From Octopus bimaculoides (Eukaryota), in NCBI RefSeq assembly GCF_001194135.2, contig NC_069000.1, positions 4,980,236 through 5,044,235 on the forward strand: DNA of 64,000 bases, read 5' to 3'. The notes beneath the pieces are model-generated. The model was given only the letters and a program-made list of their open reading frames with translations. It searched no databases and was not told where the DNA came from. This document shows, in pieces, positions 1 through 12,018 of this stretch; the first letter of the stretch is position 1; every line of letters begins with the position of its first letter. Made by a program: the position numbers and the translations under genes.

Positions 1-120
1 TACAGGAAGACTCTTGCATTTTAAAATTATCTTTCAATTAAAATCACTGTAAACCAGTGGTTCCCAAACATCTTCGAGCAACCTCCCACCTTGGCATTCG
101 GGCCGCATACCTATCGTCCC

Positions 121-190
121 CCACCACTCACCACCACCACCACTCACCACCACCACCACCACCACCACCACCATCATCATCACCACCACA
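121..190 (+). repeat. (CAC)n/(CAT)n trinucleotide tract
   Basis: Direct reading of sequence. Confidence 0.95.
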
Positions 191-380
191 AACATACACT
201 ACTTTCTGCAGCAAATTCAAAACAACTGTATCTCACAAATAAAACCTAACCTAATTAACCCGTTATTTTGTTGTTTTTACATGGCCACACCATTATCACC
301 CCACTTGTCTTCAACGACCCCACCCCACCGGATCTTACGATAGCCCTCCTCCTGGATCTTTCCATTGCCCTCAGGGGACA

Positions 381-570
381 ATTTCCTGGACCGGGCGACG
401 CGTTGTGTTCCTGAGCAAAACACTTCATTTCACGATGCTCCAGTCCACTCAGTTGGTAAAAATGAGTAATCCTGCGACGGATCGGCATCCCGTCCAGCTG
501 GAGATTTTCTACGCCACTGAAACTGGGAAACCGGCCATTATGAGACTGGCATGGCTCGAGAAGGAAACAT
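381..570 (+). mobile_element. 5'-truncated CORE-type SINE nested in the hAT MITE
   Basis: GCGTTGTGTTCCTGAGCAAAACACTTCATTTCACGATGCTCCAGTCCACTCAG matches the body of the full-length copy at 36892-37212 and resembles the CORE domain. The 3' half differs from that copy. Confidence 0.7.
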
Positions 571-702
571 TTCTTCTTCTTCTTCTTCTTCTTCTTCTTC
601 TTCTTCTTCTTCTTCTTCTTCTTCTTCTTCTTCTTCTTCTTCTTCTTCTTCTTCTTCTTCTTCTTCTTCTTCTTCTTCTTCTTCTTCTTCTTCTTCTTCT
701 TC
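570..702 (+). repeat. (CTT)n microsatellite, ~44 units
   Basis: Direct reading; produces the spurious poly-K/L/S ORFs. Confidence 0.98.
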
Positions 703-888
703 AGGGGTGCAATATCATCCACTTTGGGAATCACTGCTCTAAATCGTCCGACAGAGATCACCACATGTCCGTTTTTTCCAGGATTCATTATAAACATCCT
801 CAACGACACGTACATCTATTAATGATTATGTATATCATATGCCATTTCACTAAAAACCTACATCGTTTCTATCTTTTATGTGTTTGAA

Positions 889-993
889 TCATTAGATTGC
901 GGCCATGCTGGGGCACGGCCTTGTAGAATTTTTAGTCGAATGAATCGACCACAGTAGTTTTTTTTATAAAAGGCCTGGCACTTATTCCATCGG
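889..993 (-). mobile_element. SINE family A, 3' fragment
   Basis: Reverse complement aligns with 1288-1381 of the adjacent full-length copy (AATAAGT...GGTCGATT...AGCATGGCCGC...AATGA). Confidence 0.85.
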
Positions 994-1005
994 CTTTAAA
1001 TATTA

Positions 1006-1410
1006 GGCGCATGAGTGGCTGTGTGGTAAGTAGCTTGCTTACCAACCACATGGTTCCGGGTTCAGTCCCACTGCGTGGCATCTTGGGTAAGTGTCTTCTA
1101 CTATAGCCTCAGGCCAACCAAAGCCTTGTGAGTGGATTTGGTAGACGGAAACCGAAAGAAGCCCGTCGTATATATGTATATATGTGTGAATATGTTTGTG
1201 TGTCTGTGTTTGTTCCTCCAACATCGCTTGACAACCGATGCTGGTGTGTTTACGTCCCCGTAACTTAGCGGTTCGGCAAAAGGAGAGCGATGAAATAAGT
1301 ACTAGGCTTCCAAAGAATAAGTCCTGGGGTCGATTTGATCGATTAAAGGCGGTGCTCCAGCATGGCCGCTGTCAAATGACTGAAACAAGTAAAGAAATAA
1401 AGAAAGAAAT
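1006..1410 (+). mobile_element. Full-length tRNA-derived SINE family A (Octopus-type)
   Basis: Pol III A-box-like GTGGCTGTGTGGT and B-box-like GGTTCAGTCCC; internal (TA)/(TG) tract after GAAGCCCGTCG; 3' end GGCGGTGCTCCAGCATGGCCGC..AAATGACTGAAACAAG with A-rich tail. Many homologous copies in the window. Confidence 0.9.
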
Positions 1411-2177
1411 ACATACATATGTATGTATGTATTAACTGTCACTTTTATCATATGTTGTTAATATTAATCGACGCTATTGTAAAAGATTATCTCAGTAGGT
1501 AACTGGAAACAGCAAACTGATTTATTTTGTTCCCAAAGCTGGGATAAAACACAAAATTTGTCTCTTAAATCTTGTACTTCTTTTTATTTTGCTGTACTTC
1601 AATATATTTTACTTCATTATTATTCATTTAATTTCTGAAGCACTCATCAACTGTTTTCTTTCTACATTCAATATATATGGTTCTCCCCCCCGTCGACCAT
1701 TTATTTTTTTATTTTTCCGCTCTATTTTTGATTATCTTTCTCCTCTTCTTTCTATTGCTGCCTTCTTTTATTCTTCAGCACTCTCCTAACCCAGAATATA
1801 TTACTCGTCCCTTAATCTTCCTAGCCCCTCCCCAGTCAATCAATTACTTACACAATCATTCATCTTAACTTTCCATTACACTCCTTTTCACTAATCTACT
1901 TTCTGTAATAGATATTTGGAACTCTAATATATTCTTTTTTCCATGAAGGCTTTTTCCTGCTTCTTTTGCCCACCATCCAGTTCGTTACATGAACTTAATA
2001 CGTTATTGTTCGTTTTGACACTCCTCTCTAATAAATATTCCTTTTCTCTCTAATACTATCGCAGTTAAATTTATCCCATGATTTCGTAACTTAGCAAACT
2101 ATCTACCTTTACGTTCTTTCTCTATCCCCTGCCTACTTTCACTCTATATTTTTTCTTTTCTTTTCCTTTTCAACTAA

Positions 2178-2240
2178 ATCTCTCTCTCTCTTTCTTTCTC
2201 TCTCTCTCTCTCTCCCTCCCCCCCTCTCTCTCTCCCTCTT
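2178..2240 (+). repeat. (CT)n tract
   Basis: Direct reading. Confidence 0.9.
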
Positions 2241-2380
2241 TCCCGCTTTTCTCTATTCTTTTATACTTTCTTTATTGTTCCACGGTTTTTCTGCTCGATC
2301 AGCTTTATTTGGTATCGAAATACTTTGTTAAATGTTTGATATTTCAAATATGAAAATATTAAATTGATGAATCTCTTCTT

Positions 2381-2444
2381 TATGTATGTATGTATGTGTG
2401 AATGTATGTATGTATGTATGTATGTATGTATGTATGTATGTATG

Positions 2445-2477
<33 letters not shown>
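2381..2477 (+). repeat. (TATG)n-(TA)n compound microsatellite
   Basis: Direct reading; lies immediately upstream of the hammerhead motif. Confidence 0.95.
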
Positions 2478-2480
<3 letters not shown>

Positions 2481-2513
2481 GATATTGTAAATTAACTTCA
2501 TGAACTTTGTAAA

Positions 2514-2645
2514 ATCTCTGAAGAGGCCTAGAGAATCATACATGTACCTCTATTTCATCCATTTCATCTATCAATTACTTCAGCTTACTGAAGTTATATA
2601 GATAGAATGAGGCATGTCAACTCTGGACTGAAACAGCTGTAAGAT
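2514..2645 (+). ncRNA. Type I hammerhead ribozyme motif with ~105-nt helix II
   Basis: Helix I ATCT(2514-17)/AGAT(2642-45); core CTGAAGA (2518-24); helix II GGCCTAGAG(2525-33)/CTCTGGACT(2621-29); GAAA (2630-33); palindromic helix III ACAGCTGT (2633-40); predicted cleavage triplet GUA after 2641. Confidence 0.75.
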
Positions 2646-2868
2646 ATTGTCCCTTCGTCGGTCACTAGACGTCCTTTTTATTTACTATGACATAATATGT
2701 CACATGTGTTTGTATATTGTTTTTATCGTCCTCTTAGTTGAAAAATAAACAGGTAAATTGACATAATACAATGTCTGCAAGTTGATGAATACCACATATT
2801 CCCCTCCATTTTCTTATTGCTNNNNNNNNNNTTTAAATGGCTTATAAACACCTTCCACGCTGCAATTG

Positions 2869-2903
<35 letters not shown>

Positions 2904-3124
2904 CATACACACACACACACGCACAAATGTATGTTTATAGTCATGTACACCTATAAATATGAAAGCGTTTGTATAGACATACACACACACGCACGCGCGA
3001 GCACACACACATATGTGTACATATACATATATATATACCCCACACACACATATATATACATATATATATGTGTGTATGTGTGTTAATATATTTGTGCGTG
3101 CGTGTGTGTAGGTATATGTATTTA

Positions 3125-3155
<31 letters not shown>

Positions 3156-3749
3156 ACATATGTATATGTACATGTACATAATACATACTTATGTATGTAT
3201 GTATGTGCAAGGCAACAGCGTGAAAACCGTTTTAAGGAATAACAACATTTTCATTGAAGTGTCACATCTAAAAGCATGAAATCAAGATAAGTCGATCGAT
3301 TTCGCTTTAAACGTCCGGGGTTGCTTAAACGAGTTTTAATGAGTAAATGTGGGGAGGAGGAAGCAAGGAGAAAATTAGCGGAAGTTACTGTACGCTGTGG
3401 TCGTTAAGACTGACAGACGACCATTAATAGCGTGGTTTACAGCAGCGACTATTTCCTGTTCAACTTGCTATAAATGGGAATAAATGAGTGGACAAAATAA
3501 CGTTGGATTTACCTTCAGCCTTTTGTTTCCTTCAATTCTCTCGCTTCTTTTATTTTCTTTTCCATTTTTTTTTGTTATTGTTCTCTTTTGTACAAAGATT
3601 ACGTTTGGGTGAGACAGTTCACACCTTTCACTTGCAATGCCTTCTTCACATTTTGCTAACAAGGCTTTTATTTATTTACTTGTAATGTAATCTATCAGTT
3701 ACATTTGTGGCAATAAGCGAAATTATTGTTGTTATTTGCGAATGACGTC

Positions 3750-4480
3750 ACCGAAGTGGAGACTCATATTCCTTTTCATATTCCTAAAGGAATATGAGTC
3801 GGTTGCAAGGGCTAAAATCTACGCCGACAGATAAGTGGGTTTGCGGTTGGGCTCCTGGAGAGGCAGGTTGATGCCATCATGACTACCCATCTGATAAGGG
3901 TACACCAAGCACATTATAACCATATGTGCACGACATGGTAATCTCATATCAAGATTAACAGCGCATGACCTTGCCTGATGATCCTCAAGTACCACCAGGC
4001 TATTCTAGAGTTATACCTCTTAATGGTGGAAAAGAGGGAAGTAAGGAGGTCGACTGCTACAGACGGCAGTTGCAGACAACAGCTGCAGACGACCGTTGCT
4101 GTTGCTGTCACAGACATCCACATGTTGGATGTATGACAATAGTCAGTACAAAAGTAGGGACAAATGGATTCGTTTCATCTTCAGTGCCACCAGAATAAGA
4201 GGCCGATGACGTAGGAACCTGGGAAAACACTGTATCTCGTCTGCCAGCCAATGTCTCCGTGCAGGAGTTTCACCCTTTCACTTTCGGAATGGGGAGAATA
4301 GAGATAGGAAAACTGAGTAAGCACAGGAGTGGTAAAGGACTAAGCTCGGATTGAAGGCATGGAAAGCGTTGGAAGTCCCTCACGAAAAGCAGAAGAGCCT
4401 CAGGGGTACCTGAAATTTGTGGGTTGTCCAAAATAAAAGCCAGGACCTGAGAGATCTGCCGAGGAAGTTAAGAAATGACG
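3750..4480. other. GC-richer island, probably decayed interspersed-repeat sequence of unassigned family
   Basis: Complex, higher-GC sequence against an AT-rich background. 3860-3975 resembles (from memory only) an abundant Octopus repeat on the minus strand. No clear protein motif. Confidence 0.3.
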
Positions 4481-4814
4481 AGAAAAAGAGTTTTTCGTCG
4501 GTTGATGAGAGGAGACAAGCACACTCTCCCCCGCCAAAAGAAAAGAAGAAAAATGTTATATGTGAAGGTAATTTTCATATATTTTGAATGTGTTTTAATT
4601 CGAAAAATGATTTACATAAGTGCTTAATAAACGAGAAAAAAAAATTTATATATTTACAAGCCTACGTAACTCAGTTATTTCGTGTCTGCATAAAATTTTC
4701 TCATTACTTCTTAAATCAGCCAAACAGTAAAGAATATGCTAATCTATGATTCTTGTTTATGAGACTAGAAAACATTTTGAAATATTCGAAAATATTTACG
4801 TGTGCATATATGCA

Positions 4815-4862
4815 TGCATACATACATACATACGTACATACGTACATACATATACATACACA

Positions 4863-4909
<47 letters not shown>

Positions 4910-4925
4910 ATATATATATATATAT
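4815..4925 (+). repeat. (TACA)n-(TCTA)n-(TA)n compound microsatellite
   Basis: Direct reading. Confidence 0.95.
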
Positions 4926-5527
4926 ACGTGCGCACTTCTATATACCCGTGCGCAAACATGTATATATAAGTATATAAGTACATATGAAGGATCAATGTAG
5001 AAAGACAAATAGCGTGTGAACATTGAAAGTAATCAACATTCAAGCGATATCCAAGATATATGCACTGAATAAAGTATATATAATCCGCTAAAGAGAAGAG
5101 TGGTCTGTTTTATGCGCAGGCGCATATGACTTAATGCGGTAGTATAAGATGGATATTGGAGCTATGCATGCGTTTGTTTTCCACGTTTGAGCATGTGCGT
5201 AAAATGTGCGCATATGCATATGTCTATCAGCCTACATTGCTGTGTGAGTGGTTACTCTATGATAAAGTAATGACTTTATGTCTCAATGTGTAGCCAAGAT
5301 ATCGACTTAATTTTATGGAACCAGATATGTTGTTTCACTTTATGTATTGCTAATGGAACGTGACTGAAGAATCTTGAAGAAGATCCTCACGACAAACACA
5401 CATGGGATAACTACGTGCACGTCTATATGTATATTTGTATCCCTACCTATATCTCTGTCTGTCATTCTCTCTCTCTCCCTCTGTCACTCTTTTTCTTTCT
5501 CTCTCTCTCTCCAGATAAATATATGTT

Positions 5528-5583
<56 letters not shown>

Positions 5584-5749
5584 CGTTTATCAATATATAT
5601 CTATATAGAGGTGTATGTATAGTTATACATATATATTTTTATATGTCCATATATATACATTTTTATATGTGTATATATGTATATATATTTATATACATAT
5701 ACATATATATATGTATACATGTATATATATAGATATATATATGTCTGTA

Positions 5750-5792
<43 letters not shown>

Positions 5793-6259
5793 GAAAATAT
5801 ATATACTGCTATGTAACAGAAATGAACATTTTTCGGTTTGAATTACATGTTTAAGAACTCGAAATTCTATTGGAACCTAAATGCAAGTCCAATGTAAATC
5901 TTGAATATTAGCTTCAAATCTAGAAAATAAATAGAATACATTCTTACTTTATAGATTTTCGTTCTGCTATTCGCAATTTTATTTTCGGGTTCCTATTACC
6001 AATTTTAGTTTATCTTGAGGTGAGATGTCTGATAAGAAAATATATTATCTATAACATCATCTTGGAAAGATCCGTCATATATTTCCGGTTTTCAATATTT
6101 CCTGCGTAAAAGAAACGAATAGTAAAATATATCTCTCCCTCTCTCTTTCTCTCTATTTCTCTCTGCTATGTCATGGCTTCGTACGAAGGAGCGGAAAACG
6201 TCGAAATAACATTCATTCTTTTTCTTGTAGAAATTTAATAAACATGTTCTCTAATAATA

Positions 6260-6370
6260 GGCGCTGGTGTGGCTGTGTGGTAAGAAGCTTGCTTCTCAGC
6301 CACATCGTGCTGAGTCCAGCTTCGAACCGACAAAAGACTTGTGAGTTGATTGGTAGATGGAAACTGTTGC
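6260..6370 (+). mobile_element. SINE family A, 5' head with internal deletion
   Basis: GGCGCTGGTGTGGCTGTGTGGTAAGAAGCTTGCTT...TTGTGAGTTGATTGGTAGATGGAAACTG matches the head of 1006-1410. Confidence 0.8.
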
Positions 6371-6404
6371 ATGTATGTATATAATTATATGTATGTATTT
6401 GTGT

Positions 6405-6660
6405 CTGGGATCTCGGTGAGTCCCTTGAAAACAAAGGAGATGGTACTTCTGCCAACATACAAGCGCAGGCGCATTTCCAGTGTAAAGGTGACAGAAGTGC
6501 CGCCTGAAATAGACCCGAGGGAGGTGATGGCTACTCTGTTATTCACCACACGTCTGTTTCTACCTCCCGCAGTTAAAGTCCTTAACGGACGTTGGTACAT
6601 GGATCAAGCAGATACCTAGACTGGGAGAGTGGCAATTGTAAAGCCGTCTCATAGCTGGCC
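6405..6660 (+). mobile_element. Probable non-LTR retrotransposon ORF1-like fragment (degenerate)
   Basis: Frame reads LLPTYKRRRISSVKVTEVPPEIDPREVMATLL, reminiscent of RRM-type ORF1 N-termini. GC-richer, with an in-frame stop at 6617-6619. Family assignment is from memory. Confidence 0.4.
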
Positions 6661-7078
6661 GCCTACACTTTTTTCTGCAAAATAGGGGTAGTTTATCCTG
6701 TTCAGGCTATATTATTAGCATTATCCTGCGTTTGAGTATTTAAAATCACTTCTTTAACTTTTTATTACTTAATGGTTAATTATGAATTAATAATCCTTTA
6801 CCTTTATGGTATTACCTTTCTGGATTTTTATGCATACTATGCAACTTGATATTGTTGTAAGCAATAATGTGAGTGTGCAGTGCGGTTGTATGTATATGTG
6901 CTGGATAATGTGTGTATGTGTGTATGTGTGTAAATGTGTGTGTATAATGAGACAGAGGAAAGAGAGAGAGAACGAATTGGAAAGCAAACGAATGTAAACT
7001 ATAGAAAACATCTCTCACAGGATAATATACAAGTGTGTTGAGCATATACATACATACGTACATACATATATATATATT

Positions 7079-7127
<49 letters not shown>

Positions 7128-8423
7128 ATAATTTTGTGTATGTAAGGGAGACGAAAGAGTAATCAGTGCGTGAGGGACAGGAAGAGGAAGAGATTGAGTG
7201 AGCATTGTAAAAGTGAACAAAGCTTTCTGCAAACACATAAATATGTGAGATTTCCTTTCCTTCATTTACTTCAAAATATACCATTCAACAAAAATAAAGC
7301 TCGCTAATACACAAACAACGAGAGCTAATAACGAAACATTCAATACGTATTCTTATCAGAATACAACCATTATTACCTTTCTAAAATTGAATTTTCATCC
7401 ACAGAAATTTATGCATAGTAATAACAAGCGTATAGAAAACACAAGAATCTAATCAGCCATTGTTATATCTAACATTAATGAAAATGGATTCCATTATATC
7501 AGTATGACAGCAAATTTACTTAAGATTAGATGTTTTCTCCATAAATATACATTAAGATCATAACAACGCATGACTTTTTAAAAAAATATATAACTTAGTT
7601 TACAATATCAATTGGCATATTCTAGCCGAGGCAATGCTTACGCACTAATTCTTTGTGTAGCTTGTGTACACTTGAAATAATCAAAATTTAAGTTCCAAAA
7701 CAAACACCGTATAAAAGTGCAAAGTGGATTTCTTGCTTTTTAGCACGTTTATGGTGCATATTTCTTGAGTATATCATAGCAAATAATCATATTAACTTCC
7801 ATACGAACGTTGTTTTGGAATTTGTTTTATTAACTATTTACCAGACAGATATACGAATAATTAATTTTCCTTCCAATACATACATACATACATACATACA
7901 TTCATATATATATANNNNNNNNNNNNNNNNNNNNNNNNNNNNNNNNNNNNNNNNNNNNNNNNNNNNNNNNNNNNNNNNNNNNNNNNNNNNNNNNNNNNNN
8001 NNNNNNNNNNNNNNNNNNNNNNNNNNNNNNNNNNNNNNNNNNNNNNNNNNNNNNNNNNNNNNNNNNNNNNNNNNNNNNNNNNNNNNNNNNNNNNNNNNNN
8101 NNNNNNNNNNNNNNNNNNNNNNNNNNNNNNNNNNNNNNNNNNNNNNNNNNNNNNNNNNNNNNNNNNNNNNNNNNNNNNNNNNNNNNNNNNNNNNNNNNNN
8201 NNNNNNNNNNNNNNNNNNNNNNNNNNNNNNNNNNNNNNNNNNNNNNNNNNNNNNNNNNNNNNNNNNNNNNNNNNNNNNNNNNNNNNNNNNNNNNNNNNNN
8301 NNNNNNNNNNNNNNNNNNNNNNNNNNNNNNNNNNNNNNNNNNNNNNNNNNNNNNNNNNNNNNNNNNATATATATATATATATATATATACATATATATGC
8401 ATATGTGTGCGTGCGTGTTTGTC

Positions 8424-8459
<36 letters not shown>

Positions 8460-9246
8460 CAGAGAGACAGATACATACAAAAGGGGGAGAAAGAAAGAAA
8501 GAGAGAAGTGACGGAAAGAAACAAAGATCAATATATAATGATATATCACTTTTCTGAAGGAAAGTTAGAACAACATGAAATCAAAAATTACTAAAAACAA
8601 TACACTGAAATCTTATTTTAACTAAGATATTTAATTCTAGTTTCCCCCCTCTCCGGCGACCAGTGTTGATTGCAATCTCGGTTTCTTCCATGCTTCAGAG
8701 CGTGACAAATTTGGCATTTTCCAACGAACTATTATATTTTTGATGGCACTAATCTTAGTAAAATTCCTTAAGCTCTACAATATTCTATAAATCCCGTCCT
8801 TAAGACACAGAACACCATGGATATTCAAAAATAGAGGATATTTAATGTAAGGATATAGTTGGGCTTGTGGCGATCGTTGTGCAGTAAAACCTAAGCTAGT
8901 GAATTATCTGATAAGGAGAAAACTTCATTTTATATCTGTAAAACCATTTTCCATTCTTTTAACATCGAAAAGATTTTAATGGTGAAGACAATATTGGTAT
9001 TGCTTGCTTTCTAATATGAGCTTGATATTTGTAAAGTGGATTCAAAACCGAATCTCTGGTTATGCAATTATACAACACGAGCAAACAACCATTGTTTCAC
9101 GCGATCGGTCCATTAGCCGAGCACTCAGAATGAAGTGAGTCCTTGGACAAGTTTTCTCGAACATTCTCAAATATTCTGCTCCATAAAAGTTCACTTTTGG
9201 CAGTAATTCACTTCACAATTTTGAGGCAGCTGAGCGATAGGCGTGT

Positions 9247-9540
9247 TTATCTTTTTCCACACCAGACGGTGTACATTTTTACAGTCAGACGATCCAGGAA
9301 GGCGGTTAAGACAGATGACATAGATAGAGGACGGGAACCTCCGTCGCCGCGAATATAGCACAATTGTTTTTCATTTATGCTGGGTAAGCCGCATATTGTC
9401 GAATCAATAACTTGCCGTAAACTCCAAGCTTTTGCAAACTCTAAAAGGCCAACACAGTTGTCTTTATGTACAATATTAAAATCTTCACTTAAATGATCTG
9501 GGGATTTCTCAGTTATTTCTTCACGCAGCGAAGAGTAAGT
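9247..9540 (-). pseudogene. Coding-like open frame (97 codons), BTB/BACK-like motif, probably decayed
   Basis: After CATTGTAG the frame reads TYSSLREEITEKSPDHLSEDFNIVHKDNCVGLLEFAKAWSLRQVIDSTICGLPSINEKQLCYIRGDGGSRPLSMSSVLTAFLDRLTVKMYTVWCGKR*. The other two minus frames have many stops. DNCVGLLEFAKAW resembles the start of a BACK domain. Confidence 0.3.
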
Positions 9541-10639
9541 CTACAATGTAAGTTGACAATGTTTCTTCTGTCGTTAGATATAGCAACCAATTTCTCCCTC
9601 AGGTCATATCCTAACGCGAACCTAAATGAAAAAGTAAACTCGTGGTAATGTAATTAGAGATAATATTTGAAAGTACAAGAAGATCACGGATGGGTAACGT
9701 TAAGCCTAGTTTTGCTCGTTCCAACTAAAACATTGTCCAAAAAGCAACAACAACAACAGTAACAGCACTGATCTAAATGCTAATATCCTTGGAATGCGCA
9801 GAATTACGTCTTCGCTTGTTAGCAAAAATATTGCATCAGTATTGATTCAATTACCATGAATGTTTTTATAGTCATTATTTTATGTCATATCGGGAAGGAA
9901 TGGAAGACAGACTGAGTTGAAAGCATTCGGGAAATAAAGAAGCTTTGAAGAATCCAAAGAAACAAGCACAGTGAGGGGCTGGATCGATTACTCGGGAATA
10001 TTTACCGAAACATCTCTTCAACACGTCTCTTGTGTTTATTACGTTTATATATACACAAAATGGGCACGAAATAAAATGGCAAACTGTCAGATTTAGATAT
10101 CGTAGACATAATATAACAGAAGTAAGACAAACATTAAAAAAAAACACAAAATAAATTGAAGCATGTCTTTCAGTCATGGAATACAAGAGCCCGAAAGAAA
10201 TTTAAGATATTAAGTTACTGTAACGAGTGAAATAACTTAACATTTGTTTGTCTTGTTTAAATATATTTTCGATAAAATTACCGCAAAACGTATTTTAAGC
10301 TCTGAAGAGAAATGCTGTACAAGTGCTTAAATGCATTCTAAATTAAATCAGGAATCATATGCAAATACACAATTTGTGGTGTAGTTCTTCTCCATTTTCG
10401 TAATCTAACATCTTGTAACCATTAGGACGTTTCTAATGAAACGCCTACATGCATTTTAAATATTGCTTGATTACTAAAGTGTCTGTCTGTCTTTCTGTCT
10501 ACCACATTGTCTATCTCAGTCTTTCACTTTACACAAACGTACACACATACACACACACACACACACAAAGACACACACATATATGATGAAAGCGATAATA
10601 TAAGATGAAAGCGATAATAATGAAGATTATAATGACGAT

Positions 10640-10671
10640 GATGTTATTGCTGCTGTCGTCGTTGTTGTTGT

Positions 10672-10717
<46 letters not shown>

Positions 10718-10800
10718 GGTGGTGGTGGTGGTGGTGATGATGATGATGATGATATCGATGATGATGATGGTGTTGATGATTGTGACGATGATGATGATTA
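10640..10800 (+). repeat. (GTT)/(GAT)n-(GGT)n-(GAT)n compound trinucleotide tract
   Basis: Direct reading. Confidence 0.95.
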
Positions 10801-11139
10801 TCGATATACTTCTGATAGCTGTAGTTGCAGAGGTGGTGAAGAGACGTTGACGTGTTTTTAGTAATAATGGTGGACTTAATGATAATTATAAATCAAATAT
10901 CAGCATTGTTGTTGTTGTTCTTGTTGTTATTGTTGTCGCTAATATTTTAATGAGATGAGAATAATTATGACAACTACAGCAACAACAACACAACCATCAC
11001 CAGTATCATCATCGATATCAACACCAATAACCACGACGACATTATCAATACCGCTAAATTGTCCTGATATCTTACAATCCATTATTATTGATTTCAATTT
11101 ACAATATAACAACCATAAGTACGCCCGTTCACACATACA

Positions 11140-11351
11140 CAAACAGGAAACACGTACACATGCGTAAACACACACATATATACACACAAACGCATACACG
11201 CACACAATCACGCATATATGTATGTGTATATGTGTGTGTATGTGTATGTGTGCGCGCGTGCTTTTGTATATGCGTGTGCGTGTTCATTTATGTGCTAATT
11301 ACGCGATTCTCTCTCTCCGTCTGTTCATGTACCCTGCTCCCGATCTCACTG

Positions 11352-11390
<39 letters not shown>

Positions 11391-11456
11391 ACACACACAT
11401 ATTTTTTTTTCTCTCTCTCTCTCTCTCTCTCACTCTCTCTCTCTCTTTCTCTCTGC

Positions 11457-11488
<32 letters not shown>

Positions 11489-11540
11489 ATATACCTCGCT
11501 CAGAGATTTATTATTGTTATATGTATATNNNNNNNNNNNN

Positions 11541-11571
<31 letters not shown>

Positions 11572-11974
11572 ATGTATGTATATATATGTATATACATACA
11601 CGTATATATTTGTATATATAATTGTTGATATGTGCACCACAAACAGCCAGATACACCCATCTATTCACACATACCCACCAATGTATATGTGTATTTAGAG
11701 TTCTAAAACAATACACACACACATATTCTAATTTATTTATTTAATGAGCTATTGACTTCTCAAGCGATAAGCATTACTATTAAATAATTTCCTTCTATAT
11801 ATAATAGCCGGGTGAAAGGCTGCGATAGGGGATTAAGAGGTGGGTAAAAGAAAGAGATGCAAAATGTTTTCTTTGAAATAACAAAAATAACGAAAAAAGA
11901 GGTTTACAAGCAAAAGAAAACGCGTAGAACAAACAAAGAGCAGTAAATAAACAAGGAAAATAATATATACATAC

Positions 11975-12018
<44 letters not shown>

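Larger units (their letters stand above)
55..736. mobile_element. Non-autonomous hAT (Charlie-like) DNA transposon / MITE
   Basis: TIRs CAGTGGTTCCCAAAC (55-69) and CTTTGGGAATCACTG (722-736; reverse complement CAGTGATTCCCAAAG, 13/15 match). Imperfect 8-bp TSD CTGTAAAC (47-54) / CTCTAAAT (737-744), fitting the nTnTAnAn Charlie-type target. No transposase inside. Confidence 0.8.

Noticed and set aside
1006-1075. tRNA gene
   Set aside because: A/B-box-like motifs are present, but there is no complete cloverleaf and the sequence continues into a SINE body.
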